From contig CAZZIO010000040.1 of assembly GCA_964654465.1 (NCBI GenBank), positions 96,001-160,000 on the forward strand: 64,000 nucleotides of DNA, in the 5' to 3' direction. Below the pieces are notes generated by a model, which worked only from the letters and a program-made list of their open reading frames with translations, did not search any database and was not told the DNA's origin. Positions 21,055 to 31,014 of this stretch are shown here, piece by piece (the first letter of the stretch is position 1; every line of letters begins with the position of its first letter). The position numbers and the translations under genes were made by a program. Source of the DNA: an uncultured Dictyoglomota bacterium (lineage in GTDB: Bacteria > Dictyoglomota > Dictyoglomia > Dictyoglomales > Dictyoglomaceae).

Positions 21055-21660
21055 TTATGATTCCTTTAATCTTAACAACCTAAAGAAATTTCCTCTTTCT
21101 AGTTCTTCTAACTTAACTGTAATAAGTTTTATGGTTTCCTCAATTTGAGGAATCAATTTATATTCTAAGGCATTAACTCTTCTCTTGGTCCTCTCTATCT
21201 CTTGAAGAAGAGAAAGAATATATCTTTCTTTATTAGCTAAAGCCACTAATTCATCTAACAATTCAGACCATAAACGTGAAAGCTCGTCTAAATCAGCAGG
21301 AGTTTCTATCAAGCTATAAGATGGAAAATAAAGGTTAGAAATTGATAGTTCCTTAACAGGAATATTCATCTTCTTTTCATATTTTTGGTACAAAAGACTT
21401 TTTCCATCATTCATAAATACAAGTAAATCCCATATAGGCCCAGAAGTTTTTATATATACAATACCTCCGAGAGCCAAGAATTCTAAAAATTTCTCCTCTG
21501 TAAGTTCTCTTAAAGTTCTATAGCTTTGTATCTCTTCCATAAATCTTTGGATCAAACCTTCTAATTTATCTTCCAACAATTTATGCCCTCTCCTCGCAAT
21601 AGCAAGTCTTTTTTTAAGTCTTAAAAGTTCCATTCGGTTAGGATTAACTCTAAGAGGCAT
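21055..21660 (-). CDS. ntpD: V/A-type ATP synthase subunit D
   Basis: [20 protein letters not shown] and TKRRVNALE; start set at MPLRV (21660). Confidence 0.95.
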   Translation of the reverse strand: MPLRVNPNRMELLRLKKRLAIARRGHKLLEDKLEGLIQRFMEEIQSYRTLRELTEEKFLEFLALGGIVYIKTSGPIWDLLVFMNDGKSLLYQKYEKKMNIPVKELSISNLYFPSYSLIETPADLDELSRLWSELLDELVALANKERYILSLLQEIERTKRRVNALEYKLIPQIEETIKLITVKLEELERGNFFRLLRLKES

Positions 21661-23032
21661 CTTCCTTCCCCCAGAATTCATCAAGATATTCAGGTCTCAC
21701 TCTCTTGAGACTGGATCTTGGCAATTTTCTAAGTAGCTTCCAACCTAAATCTAAGGTCTCAAATATACTTCTATTTTCATATTCACCTTGTCTTATAAAT
21801 TTATCCTCAAATTCCTCTGCAAATTCTAAAAACTGCAAATCCTCTTCAGTAAGGGCTGCTTCTCCTAAAACTACCGCTAACTCTTTAGCCTCTAATCCAC
21901 GTGAGTAGGCGGCATAAAGCTGGTTAGAAAGATCACCATGATCTTTTCTTGTTCTTCCTTCTCCTATTCCACCTCTCATAAGCCTTGATAAAGATTGAAG
22001 AACATCTATAGGTGGATAAATTCCTCTTCTGTAAAGTTCTCTACTTAGGAATATCTGACCCTCCGTAATATAACCTGTGAGATCTGGTATAGGGTGAGTT
22101 CTATCATCTTCTGGCATGGTAAGAATAGGTAGTAGAGTGATAGATCCTTTCTTACCTTTAATTCTTCCTGCCCTTTCATATAATGTGGCAAGATCTGTAT
22201 AAAGGTAACCTGGATAACCTCTTCTTCCTGGGACTTCTTTTCTTGCAGCTGATACCTCTCTTAATGCTTCTGCATAATTGGTCATATCACTTAATATGAC
22301 TAAAACATGCATGTCTAAGTCAAAAGCTAAATATTCAGCACAGGTTAACGCAAATCTTGGGGTTGCAATTCTTTCTATAACTGGATCATTGGCAAGATTT
22401 ATAAAAAGAACACTTCTTTCAAGAGCTCCCGTTTCTTTAAAGTTTTCTATAAAGAAATTAGCTTCTTCAAAAGTAATACCCATAGCTCCAAAAACTACTG
22501 CGAATTTTTCTTCCTCATTCAAGAGTCTTGCTTGTCTCGCTATTTGTGCCGCTAATGTAGCATGGGGTAGTCCAGATCCTGAAAATATAGGAATTTTCTG
22601 TCCACGTACAATAGTATTCATTCCATCTATCGCAGAGATACCAGTTTGAATAAATTCCGATGGATAGGCTCGAGAATAAGGATTAATTGGACTACCATTT
22701 ATATCCATCCTCTTATGAGGAATGATCTCAGGACCACCGTCTCTTGGACGCCCCAGACCATCAAAAGTTCTTCCAAGGAGAGAAGGAGAAAGATTTATTT
22801 CAAGAACGTGCCCCAAAAACTTAATTCTCATACCTTTTAAAGATAAATCTTGTGTGCTTGCAAACATCTGCACTAAAGCAGCACCTTCTTGAGCTTCGAG
22901 AACTTGCCCCTGTCTTATTTCTCCATTAGAAAGCTTTACTTCAACAACCTCTCCATATTTGACATTTTCTATATTCTCCACCAAAACTAAAGGTCCACTT
23001 ATTTTTGATACAGAGGTATATTCTTTAAGCAT
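21650..23032 (-). CDS. ntpB: V/A-type ATP synthase subunit B
   Basis: [29 protein letters not shown] and [15 protein letters not shown]. Confidence 0.98.
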   Translation of the reverse strand: MLKEYTSVSKISGPLVLVENIENVKYGEVVEVKLSNGEIRQGQVLEAQEGAALVQMFASTQDLSLKGMRIKFLGHVLEINLSPSLLGRTFDGLGRPRDGGPEIIPHKRMDINGSPINPYSRAYPSEFIQTGISAIDGMNTIVRGQKIPIFSGSGLPHATLAAQIARQARLLNEEEKFAVVFGAMGITFEEANFFIENFKETGALERSVLFINLANDPVIERIATPRFALTCAEYLAFDLDMHVLVILSDMTNYAEALREVSAARKEVPGRRGYPGYLYTDLATLYERAGRIKGKKGSITLLPILTMPEDDRTHPIPDLTGYITEGQIFLSRELYRRGIYPPIDVLQSLSRLMRGGIGEGRTRKDHGDLSNQLYAAYSRGLEAKELAVVLGEAALTEEDLQFLEFAEEFEDKFIRQGEYENRSIFETLDLGWKLLRKLPRSSLKRVRPEYLDEFWGKEDAS

Positions 23033-24794
23033 ATTCCTTTGTCCCCTCCTTTATACCACGCAACTTCTGAGCAACCTCAAAAAGTAGATCTTCTAACTCC
23101 TTCCTCCTATCCTCTGGTATAAATTTCATTCGGGCTATCTTTTCCCTTTCTGGCATTCTTAAAATATCATCTAAAGGATAACCTTCTTCTATTAACTTTA
23201 AAGCTACATTATGAAAATTCATTATGTTTTTAAGCATAAGATATTGCTTATACAATGAAGTATAGGTGTCAACCTCATGAAGTGCATTTTGATGTAAGAA
23301 ATCTTCTCTTATAGATCTTGCCGTTTCTAAAGTTAATCTATCTTGAGGTGATAAAGCTTCCATTCCTACTAATCTTACAATATCTTGAAGTTCCGCTTCT
23401 CTTTGTAGAATTGCCATAGCTTTTTGCCTTAATTCATAATAATCTTCAGCTATTTTTTCTCTCCAATACTTACTAACAGGCTCCAAATATAAAGAATAAC
23501 TTACAAGCCAATCTACTGCAGGAAAATGTCTACTAAAGGCAAGTCTTGCATCTAGTCCCCAGAATACTTTAGCAACTCTCAATGTGGCCTGTACAACAGG
23601 ATCAGATAAGTCTCCCCCAGGAGGAGACACGGCTCCTATAATACTTACTGAACCTATCTTTTCATCTTTTCCTAAACATCTTACTAAGCCTGCTCTTTCA
23701 TAAAATCCTGCTACTCGAGAGGCTAAATAAGCAGGATAACCTTCTTCTCCTGGCATTTCTCCAAGTCTTCCAGAAATCTCTCTCATTGCTTCTGCCCAAC
23801 GTGATGTGGAATCAGCCATTAATGCTACATGATATCCCATATCTCTAAAGTATTCTGCTATTGTAATACCTGTAAATACAGAAGCCTCTCTTGCTGCTAC
23901 TGGCATATTAGATGTATTTGCTATGAGAATTGTTCTTTCCATTAATGGTTTTCCTGTTCGAGGATCTTTTAACTCAGGAAATTCTATCAACACTTCGGTC
24001 ATCTCATTCCCTCTTTCACCACAACCAATATAAACTACAACTTCTGCATCTGCCCATTTAGCTAATTGGTGCTGAATAATTGTCTTTCCACTTCCAAAAG
24101 GTCCAGGAACACAAGCGGTACCACCTTTTACCAATGGAAAGAAAGTATCCAATACCCTCTGTCCTGTTATCAAAGGTATTTGAGGAGGAAGCTTTTCTTT
24201 AACAGGTCTCTGGTATCTTACTGGCCATTTATGCATTAACTTTAATTCTACTTTATCCCCATTCTCTTCCTCTAATATTCCTATAGTATCATCTACCGTA
24301 AAACTACCATTTTTAATTTCTAAAATTTTCCCTTTTAGCTTAGGAGGAACTAAAATTCTATGTTGTAATGCTGATGTTTCTTGCACAACTCCTAATATAT
24401 CTCCACCTTCCACATAATCCCCTACCTTGACTCTTGCCTCAAAATTCCACTTTTTGTTTCTATCTAAGGCTGGGAAAGAAAGTCCTCTACTTAAAAAATC
24501 TCCACTAATTTCGGCCAATCTATTTAATGGCCTTTGGATTCCATCATAAATCTGACCAATAATTCCAGGTCCCAGTTCAACAGAAAGAGGCTCACCTAAT
24601 GCATATACGGGCTCTCCTGGTCCTATCCCTTGAGTTTCTTCATATACTTGAATATATACTAAATCATTATCCAAACCAATAATTTCACCAAAAAGCTCTA
24701 AGTTTCCTACCCTTACCATCTCATACATCTTAACATTTGCAAGCCCTTTCGCTACAACTAAAGGACCTGCAACTCTAACTATCTTTCCTTCCAT
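23025..24794 (-). CDS. ntpA: V/A-type ATP synthase subunit A
   Basis: GPFGSGKT P-loop, [19 protein letters not shown] and [11 protein letters not shown]; no intein-sized insertion. Confidence 0.98.
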   Translation of the reverse strand: MEGKIVRVAGPLVVAKGLANVKMYEMVRVGNLELFGEIIGLDNDLVYIQVYEETQGIGPGEPVYALGEPLSVELGPGIIGQIYDGIQRPLNRLAEISGDFLSRGLSFPALDRNKKWNFEARVKVGDYVEGGDILGVVQETSALQHRILVPPKLKGKILEIKNGSFTVDDTIGILEEENGDKVELKLMHKWPVRYQRPVKEKLPPQIPLITGQRVLDTFFPLVKGGTACVPGPFGSGKTIIQHQLAKWADAEVVVYIGCGERGNEMTEVLIEFPELKDPRTGKPLMERTILIANTSNMPVAAREASVFTGITIAEYFRDMGYHVALMADSTSRWAEAMREISGRLGEMPGEEGYPAYLASRVAGFYERAGLVRCLGKDEKIGSVSIIGAVSPPGGDLSDPVVQATLRVAKVFWGLDARLAFSRHFPAVDWLVSYSLYLEPVSKYWREKIAEDYYELRQKAMAILQREAELQDIVRLVGMEALSPQDRLTLETARSIREDFLHQNALHEVDTYTSLYKQYLMLKNIMNFHNVALKLIEEGYPLDDILRMPEREKIARMKFIPEDRRKELEDLLFEVAQKLRGIKEGTKEYA

Positions 24795-24798
24795 ATTA

Positions 24799-25110
24799 CT
24801 ATCCCTCTCCTTCAGAAAGTATATCTATTCCTAAGGCTTTTTCAGCCATATCTCTTAAAATCTCTTCCCCTAATTTTCGTTGTGAAAATGTATCGGGTAA
24901 AATAAGAGGAATCTTATCTTTTACATTTTCTAAAATCTTTCCAGAAACACTTTCCAAAACTATAATCAAAGAATATTCCTTATCAGATAATCTATTAAAA
25001 ACATCAAAGGCTTCTTTTTCATTTTTTACAGGAAAAACATCTACACCGTATATCTTAAATATTTCTACCAAACTTTCCAAACCTATAATAGCAATTTTAC
25101 CTTCAAGCAT
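24799..25110 (-). CDS. ntpF: V/A-type ATP synthase subunit F
   Basis: KIAIIG N-terminus and EKALGIDI C-terminus; size and position before subunit A. Confidence 0.88.
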   Translation of the reverse strand: MLEGKIAIIGLESLVEIFKIYGVDVFPVKNEKEAFDVFNRLSDKEYSLIIVLESVSGKILENVKDKIPLILPDTFSQRKLGEEILRDMAEKALGIDILSEGEG

Positions 25111-25966
25111 TTGTCTTCAACAACCTTCTTTCCCAAAAAGCTTTTGGAATATTATTCTTTTTACTCTCTAAAAGGAGAATTAAATCTTCTAATTCCCACC
25201 ATTTGTTATAGAAATAAAAAATAACAACTTCAGGACCACTAATCACATTTTTAAAATTCATTGTCATATAATTTAAAAGATATTTTTTAATCAAAAAGTC
25301 AAAGTCAACATTTTCAGCCTCTTTTAAAACCTCTTGATAAATCCCAGATGTTTTCTCATGAAAAGATTCAATAGAACTCAGATTTATACCATATTTTTTA
25401 AATATATCTATATTTATATTTAATCTTTGAAGTCTTGAAATAATCTTTAAAACATAAAGATCTGTCCTTAATTCCCAAAATTTCTTAATATTAGGCAAAC
25501 TAAGATTTTTTGTAAGCTCTTGTGAATACTTTACTACCTCCAAATCGATATATATATTTAAGAGGTTTAAATCATTAGTATCTTGCCAAAATCTAAACGC
25601 TCTATCTAATATTCTCTTTTTTAATTGATCATAAACAGCGCCATATTTGACATCAAAGGTCCCTAAAAAATCCTGTTGTATATTACTCTTTAATAAATTC
25701 GCCCTTACATCATGAACCATTAAATCAAAAAGCATAAGATCTAAATATGGAGACTTAACAGTCATCCTTATGTTTTTAAGATCGTCGTTTAGAATTTTTA
25801 TAATTCCCACATATCCTTCTAAAAGGCTCCCATAATTATTATTCCTTAAAAAATCAACTAACTCTTCTATAGAGGAATTTATTAACTGCTCCCATGTTGC
25901 TTTATCTATGAATTTAGGAAACTTAGCCTTTAAATTTGTAGATAAAAATAGATATTCTGCATACAT
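25103..25966 (-). CDS. ntpC: V/A-type ATP synthase subunit C (divergent)
   Basis: Position between E and F; C-terminal GPEVVIFY..K..E..L motif; helical composition. Confidence 0.75.
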   Translation of the reverse strand: MYAEYLFLSTNLKAKFPKFIDKATWEQLINSSIEELVDFLRNNNYGSLLEGYVGIIKILNDDLKNIRMTVKSPYLDLMLFDLMVHDVRANLLKSNIQQDFLGTFDVKYGAVYDQLKKRILDRAFRFWQDTNDLNLLNIYIDLEVVKYSQELTKNLSLPNIKKFWELRTDLYVLKIISRLQRLNINIDIFKKYGINLSSIESFHEKTSGIYQEVLKEAENVDFDFLIKKYLLNYMTMNFKNVISGPEVVIFYFYNKWWELEDLILLLESKKNNIPKAFWERRLLKTNA

Positions 25967-25968
25967 AA

Positions 25969-26535
25969 TTACATTTCACCACGCAATATTTTAGCAATAT
26001 CAAGAATATTATTATTCACAAGCTCTTCCAAAATTGTGTCTAAGGTAAGATCTATAATCACATTTCCTTTTTCAATTATAAATCCACCCATCCCTTCAAC
26101 TCTTTCTTCTCTCAGTATAAGATTAAATTCCTTTGAGAGAGTTTCAATATCCAGACTATCTTCGCCCTTTGTCAACAAAATACTACCCTCATTAATCTTT
26201 TCCCTTAATAAAATAGATCTCCATATGTCTGTATACTTATCTTTTGAAAGCTTCTTTACTCTTTTTAAAAGTTCAGATTTCAAATTGTATACAACTTCAG
26301 TCTCAATCTTAGCTGATTCAGTTAAATACTTCAGTTTAATCTGAGACGTTAAAGTCTCTTCCTCTTTCTTCAATCTATTTTCCAACTCTCTCTTAATCTG
26401 TTCCTTCCACTCTTCAAACTCTTTTTCTTTTTTTGTCACAAAATCAGTAAATTCCTTTTCCTTCTTCTCTCTTAACTCTTCAATTTTAAATTCTTTTTCT
26501 TTTTCAAGCCTTTCTAATACTTTCTCTATAGACAT
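25969..26535 (-). CDS. ntpE: V/A-type ATP synthase subunit E
   Basis: Coiled-coil N-terminus, GGFII...IDLT C-terminal motif, operon position. Confidence 0.85.
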   Translation of the reverse strand: MSIEKVLERLEKEKEFKIEELREKKEKEFTDFVTKKEKEFEEWKEQIKRELENRLKKEEETLTSQIKLKYLTESAKIETEVVYNLKSELLKRVKKLSKDKYTDIWRSILLREKINEGSILLTKGEDSLDIETLSKEFNLILREERVEGMGGFIIEKGNVIIDLTLDTILEELVNNNILDIAKILRGEM

Positions 26536-27008
26536 TAGATCTTCACTCCAAAGAATAAGAATATTATTGAGGTAATTAAAGAAAGAATAGCGTAGGTTTC
26601 AACTAAAGCAGGAATAATAATAGCCTGACCAGAAGTTTGTGGTTTTTGGGCTACCATTTGCAATGCTGCGGCACTTGCTCTACCCTGCCAAATTCCACTC
26701 ACAAATTCACCAATCATAAGAGGAATACTTACAGCAAAAACCATAAGCCCCTGCTCAAGGGTTAAATTAGGGACATTACCCCCAAGAAGCCCAAGCCTCA
26801 TTAAAATAAGAAATGCTCCTATAAATCCATAAAATCCCTGTGTACCAGGAAGAGCTTGTAGTATAAGAACAGTACCAAAAAGCTCTGGTTTTTCTGCTAA
26901 TACTCCTCCTGCGGCCTCACCAGCAATACCAACTCCTTTACCAGAACCTGCTGCTGCAAGACCAGCACCTAAAGCAGCGCCTATAAGGGCAATTGCTAAA
27001 CCCAACAT
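26535..27008 (-). CDS. ntpK: V/A-type ATP synthase subunit K (four-helix proteolipid)
   Basis: LQALPGTQGFYG, SGIWQG and ALVETYA match Enterococcus NtpK-type motifs. Confidence 0.95.
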   Translation of the reverse strand: MLGLAIALIGAALGAGLAAAGSGKGVGIAGEAAGGVLAEKPELFGTVLILQALPGTQGFYGFIGAFLILMRLGLLGGNVPNLTLEQGLMVFAVSIPLMIGEFVSGIWQGRASAAALQMVAQKPQTSGQAIIIPALVETYAILSLITSIIFLFFGVKI

Positions 27009-27013
27009 ACTTC

Positions 27014-28984
27014 TTACCTCCCATTAGATTGTTTCTTTAATTTAAAATACTTACCTTCCACTCTATAAATAGAGAACCTTCTGCCACCATCAACAAAGAA
27101 CCTTCCATACATTTCTAAAAATTGCAATCTGGTAGAATGAACAAAGGCTGAAAGAGCACTTAAAACAAAATTTAATACTTGGCCGAAAACCCATACTAAT
27201 GGCAACAATATAAAACCTAAAACTGGAATCCCTTTAATCATATTAGCTAGTTGTGTTATCACGAAACCAAATATTGAACCTACTAAGTTCAAAGCAAAAA
27301 GTCTTGAATAGGAAAGAATATCTCCAACAAATGAGGTCAAGCCATATCCACCTAATATTCCGTATATACTAATTAATCCCACAATAAATCTTGCTACACC
27401 CTTATTATCCCTTCCTTGAGTTAACACAAGACCTATCAAGCTTAACCAAATTAGATATTTAAATATTTGTAAGTATGGAATATTTATTTTTAGTGCATTT
27501 CCTCCAAAATATATAAGGATTGATCCTAAAAAGAGTATCCAAAGTCCAGCATCATAAAAAGCCCCTTTATAATCCTTTACCCTCCAACAAGAAATAAATC
27601 TTAAAATTAAAGCATAAAATTGAGATATTACACCAATGAGAAGTGCAATTCCTAAAGCGGTTATTAAGTCCTGACTTGGATTTATAATAGGGAATATCCC
27701 TATAAATTTACCGTCAGGACCTAAAAATATCTGATTACCAAAAAAACTCCAAGTAATTATACCAACTAAAATAGATGGGAAACTTAGAATAGTTAATAAA
27801 TCCAACAATTCCTTAGTTTCATCTTCGGGTTTATAAACTTTCTTTATCCATATTGTAGAGATGAGTAAAAGAAGTCCATAACCCACATCCCCCAAACAAA
27901 TACCAAAAAATAACATATAAAAAGGTACCATAAAGGGAGTAGGATCTATAAATCCATAAGGAGGAAGTCCATAAAGCTTCGTTAAAAATTCAAAGGGTTT
28001 TATAAATTTAGGATTATCTAAAAGTACAGGTGGATCCTCATCGGGTAATGGATCTCTACTCTCAAAGCCAAAATCGGTAAGTCTTTTTTTAACAATATTT
28101 AGAAATTCGTTTTTATCCTTTTTAGGTATCCAACCAGAAAAAACAGAAAAATATTTACTTCTATAAGAATACTCTTTATAACCCAACTCTCCTACCTTAG
28201 AAAGGTAATAATCATACCAGGCAAGTATGTTTTTCTTTCTAGTATATAGATCTTTAGCCTTCTCAAAAAGTTCGGAAAGTTCTTTTTTTAATTTTATTAG
28301 AAAATTACTTATCTTCTCAAGGGCAGTTTTTGGATAATGTTTTAAATAAGGGATTCTTTTATTCTCAAAATTATATTTTGTTAACAGGGATTCAAAATAG
28401 AATATTTTATCCTTAGGTATAAGGATAACTATCCTTACTTCACCGTTTATTTCAAAATACTTATACCAACTTTCCTCTAATATATCACTTGCTTCCCTCA
28501 CAAACTCGGAAAAATCATCCTTTTTAAAACTTCCGCTATACAGGTTAAATCGCTTAAAGGTTCTGGGAAAATTTAATTCTGAATCCAGAAATTCCCAATA
28601 TTTAGTTTCCTCATACAAAGCAGTCAAAATTTTCTCTTTTTCTTCTATTACTGAAAGCTTTTTTTCTAAACTTTTTGCTTCCTTATATAAACTTTCTAAG
28701 GAGACCTCACTCCTTAATTTTTCAAACTCTTCTTCAGAAATTTCCTCTCTACCAGCAAAAAAAGCTTCTAAAAAACCCTTTTTTTGTGGATAAAATATAT
28801 TTATAATCCTTAGTATATCCTCTATTCTTGAAATTTCGTTATCATATGGGTTTCCTTTTTCTGGGGTCTCCTCATCTCCTAATTTCTCCCAATGGATACG
28901 GGGGAACTCTTTGAATATATCTCTCAATATACTCTCTTCATTCTTAGGAACAATTAACCAAAATTTCTCTACATCTAAAATCAT
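27014..28984 (-). CDS. ntpI: V/A-type ATP synthase subunit I
   Basis: DPTPF..PFY..FFG..LGDVGYG, DILSYSRLFAL and HSTRLQFLE. Confidence 0.96.
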   Translation of the reverse strand: MILDVEKFWLIVPKNEESILRDIFKEFPRIHWEKLGDEETPEKGNPYDNEISRIEDILRIINIFYPQKKGFLEAFFAGREEISEEEFEKLRSEVSLESLYKEAKSLEKKLSVIEEKEKILTALYEETKYWEFLDSELNFPRTFKRFNLYSGSFKKDDFSEFVREASDILEESWYKYFEINGEVRIVILIPKDKIFYFESLLTKYNFENKRIPYLKHYPKTALEKISNFLIKLKKELSELFEKAKDLYTRKKNILAWYDYYLSKVGELGYKEYSYRSKYFSVFSGWIPKKDKNEFLNIVKKRLTDFGFESRDPLPDEDPPVLLDNPKFIKPFEFLTKLYGLPPYGFIDPTPFMVPFYMLFFGICLGDVGYGLLLLISTIWIKKVYKPEDETKELLDLLTILSFPSILVGIITWSFFGNQIFLGPDGKFIGIFPIINPSQDLITALGIALLIGVISQFYALILRFISCWRVKDYKGAFYDAGLWILFLGSILIYFGGNALKINIPYLQIFKYLIWLSLIGLVLTQGRDNKGVARFIVGLISIYGILGGYGLTSFVGDILSYSRLFALNLVGSIFGFVITQLANMIKGIPVLGFILLPLVWVFGQVLNFVLSALSAFVHSTRLQFLEMYGRFFVDGGRRFSIYRVEGKYFKLKKQSNGR

Positions 28985-28994
28985 TTTTTCTTCC

Positions 28995-29321
28995 TCAACC
29001 TTCTAAAAGTTTTTGGAAGAGAAAATCTAAGGCTTTAGGTAAGTTACCTTCCAATTTTTCTTTATGTTGTTTTAATTTTAAATCGTACTCTTTTGCTATC
29101 TCAGCTATCTTTCTTTCTATTTCCTCTTTTCTTACTTTCTCTATCCCTTTTATCTCCCTTAAATATTCTTGTCTCTTTTCCTCTTGTTTTAAAAGAAACT
29201 CTTCTATTTTTTTGTTAAATATAATTTCTATGTTTATTTTTTCCTTTTCTATTTGGGCTTCTAATTCTTTTTCCTTTTCATGAATATAAGAAATTACATC
29301 CTTAACTTTTTCTTCCCTCAT
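28995..29321 (-). CDS. V/A-type ATP synthase subunit G/H (peripheral stalk)
   Basis: 108 aa Glu/Lys-rich coiled coil directly upstream of subunit I. Confidence 0.7.
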   Translation of the reverse strand: MREEKVKDVISYIHEKEKELEAQIEKEKINIEIIFNKKIEEFLLKQEEKRQEYLREIKGIEKVRKEEIERKIAEIAKEYDLKLKQHKEKLEGNLPKALDFLFQKLLEG

Positions 29322-29324
29322 AGC

Positions 29325-29516
29325 TTATACAACCTTCTGTACCTTTCCAGCCTTTAAGCATCTGGTACAAACTTTTATTGTTTTAACCTTTCCATTAACT
29401 AAAGCACGAACCTTATGAAGGTTGGGAAGCCATCTGGTTTTTGTCCTACGATGAGAATGGCTTACTTGTAAACCTACCCAAGGTCCCTTTCCACAAATCT
29501 CGCACCTTCTTGACAT
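29325..29516 (-). CDS. rpmB: 50S ribosomal protein L28 (Zn-binding, CxxC-containing form)
   Basis: [23 protein letters not shown]...VCTRCLK; SD GGAGG upstream. Confidence 0.96.
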   Translation of the reverse strand: MSRRCEICGKGPWVGLQVSHSHRRTKTRWLPNLHKVRALVNGKVKTIKVCTRCLKAGKVQKVV

Positions 29517-29624
29517 ATTTTCATCCTCCCTTCTCTAAATATAGAATTTTAAGAAACTTTCTTTAAAACCATATTAAAACTTAGAATTTCTATTTTATTC
29601 AAAAATCGGTTATAATTATATCAT

Positions 29625-30443
29625 ATGAAAGACAGAATACCATATGTAGCAGGATACTTTTATCCTGCTGACGAAAGAGAACTAATAAGCCTTATATCCA
29701 AGTTTATTATAAAGACAGATGAAAAAATATCTGCCATAGGATGCGTTGTTCCTCATGCAGGATATATTTACTCTGGAAAAGTTGCAGGTAAAGTATATTC
29801 AAGCATAAAAATACCTAACAATGTTATAATTTTAGGTCCCAACCACAATGGCTTAGGGGCACCTGCATCAATATATAAGGAAGGTAAATGGTTAACTCCA
29901 CTAGGTAAGGTAGATATAAACAACGATTTATCTGAAAAGATACTCAAACACTCTAAGTATTTAATTGAAGATCTTTATGCTCATAGATATGAACATTCTA
30001 TAGAGGTTCAAATTCCCTTCTTGCAATTTTTAAACCCCAATATAAGTATAGTTCCCATCACAATAGTGGATTATAGAACCCCCATATTATATGATTTAGC
30101 AATAGCCATCTATAAAGCCATATTAGAAACTAACGATCCAATTCTTGTTATTGCAAGTTCTGACTTTTCTCATTATGAACCTCTGACCATAGCTAAGGAA
30201 AAAGATTTCTATGCTATAGAAGCCATATTAAATTTAGATGAAGAAGAATTTATGAATCGAGTAAGAGAAGAAGATATTAGTATTTGTGGATCAGGTCCTA
30301 TTTTCGTAACAATAACAGTAAGTAAATATTTAGGCGCTTCAAAGGGAGTACTTATAGACTATAGTACTTCTGGAGATATCACGAAAGACTATTCAGAAGT
30401 AGTAGGATATGCAGGAATAGTTTTTCTAAAAGAAAGTGGATAG
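29625..30443 (+). CDS. Memo-family protein (AmmeMemoRadiSam protein B)
   Basis: VAGYFYP, PHAGYIYSG, GPNH, EHSIEVQ, SSDFSHY, CG and VVGY motifs. Confidence 0.92.
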   Translation: MKDRIPYVAGYFYPADERELISLISKFIIKTDEKISAIGCVVPHAGYIYSGKVAGKVYSSIKIPNNVIILGPNHNGLGAPASIYKEGKWLTPLGKVDINNDLSEKILKHSKYLIEDLYAHRYEHSIEVQIPFLQFLNPNISIVPITIVDYRTPILYDLAIAIYKAILETNDPILVIASSDFSHYEPLTIAKEKDFYAIEAILNLDEEEFMNRVREEDISICGSGPIFVTITVSKYLGASKGVLIDYSTSGDITKDYSEVVGYAGIVFLKESG

Positions 30444-31014
30444 ATTAGGAATAATTGGATTAGGAAATCCTGGAAAAGAATATGAAAACACACGCCATAA
30501 TGTTGGTTTTATGGTAGTGGATTATTTATACGATTATTTCTCCTTTAATAAATGGGAAAAAATAGAACTAAATTTTGTTTCTGAAGGCTTTATAGAATCA
30601 TCTAAAATATACCTTGTTAAGCCCCAAACATATATGAATTTAAGCGGTAAAGGAGTAAAAAATTTTCTTGATAATTATAATCTTGAACCACAAGAAATTT
30701 TAATAGTACAAGATGATTTAGATCTCAATTTAGGATCTATAAGAATTAGGTTTAATGGAAAAGATGGAGGACACAATGGAATAAAATCTATTATACAAGA
30801 AATTCAAACCTCTAATTTTTATCGCTTAAGAATTGGAATAGGAAAACCAATAGATAAAGCTGAAACAATAAATTACGTATTAGGAGAGTTTACAGAAGAA
30901 GAATGGAAAATCTTATCAAAAGTATTAAACAAAATGCCAGAAATAATTAATACTATTTTAAAGGAGGGATGGGATAAGGCTCAGAATCTTTATAATAGAA
31001 GATGGCTCTTTTAG
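30436..31014 (+). CDS. pth: Peptidyl-tRNA hydrolase
   Basis: GLGNPG..Y..TRHNVG, KPQTYMNLSG, GGHNG and RLRIGIG; GTG start. Confidence 0.97.
   Translation: MDRLGIIGLGNPGKEYENTRHNVGFMVVDYLYDYFSFNKWEKIELNFVSEGFIESSKIYLVKPQTYMNLSGKGVKNFLDNYNLEPQEILIVQDDLDLNLGSIRIRFNGKDGGHNGIKSIIQEIQTSNFYRLRIGIGKPIDKAETINYVLGEFTEEEWKILSKVLNKMPEIINTILKEGWDKAQNLYNRRWLF

Noticed and set aside
29517-29624. Imperfect AT-rich palindromes and TAGAATTT repeats in the rpmB/Memo divergent spacer
   Set aside because: They are short, imperfect and expected by chance at this AT content.
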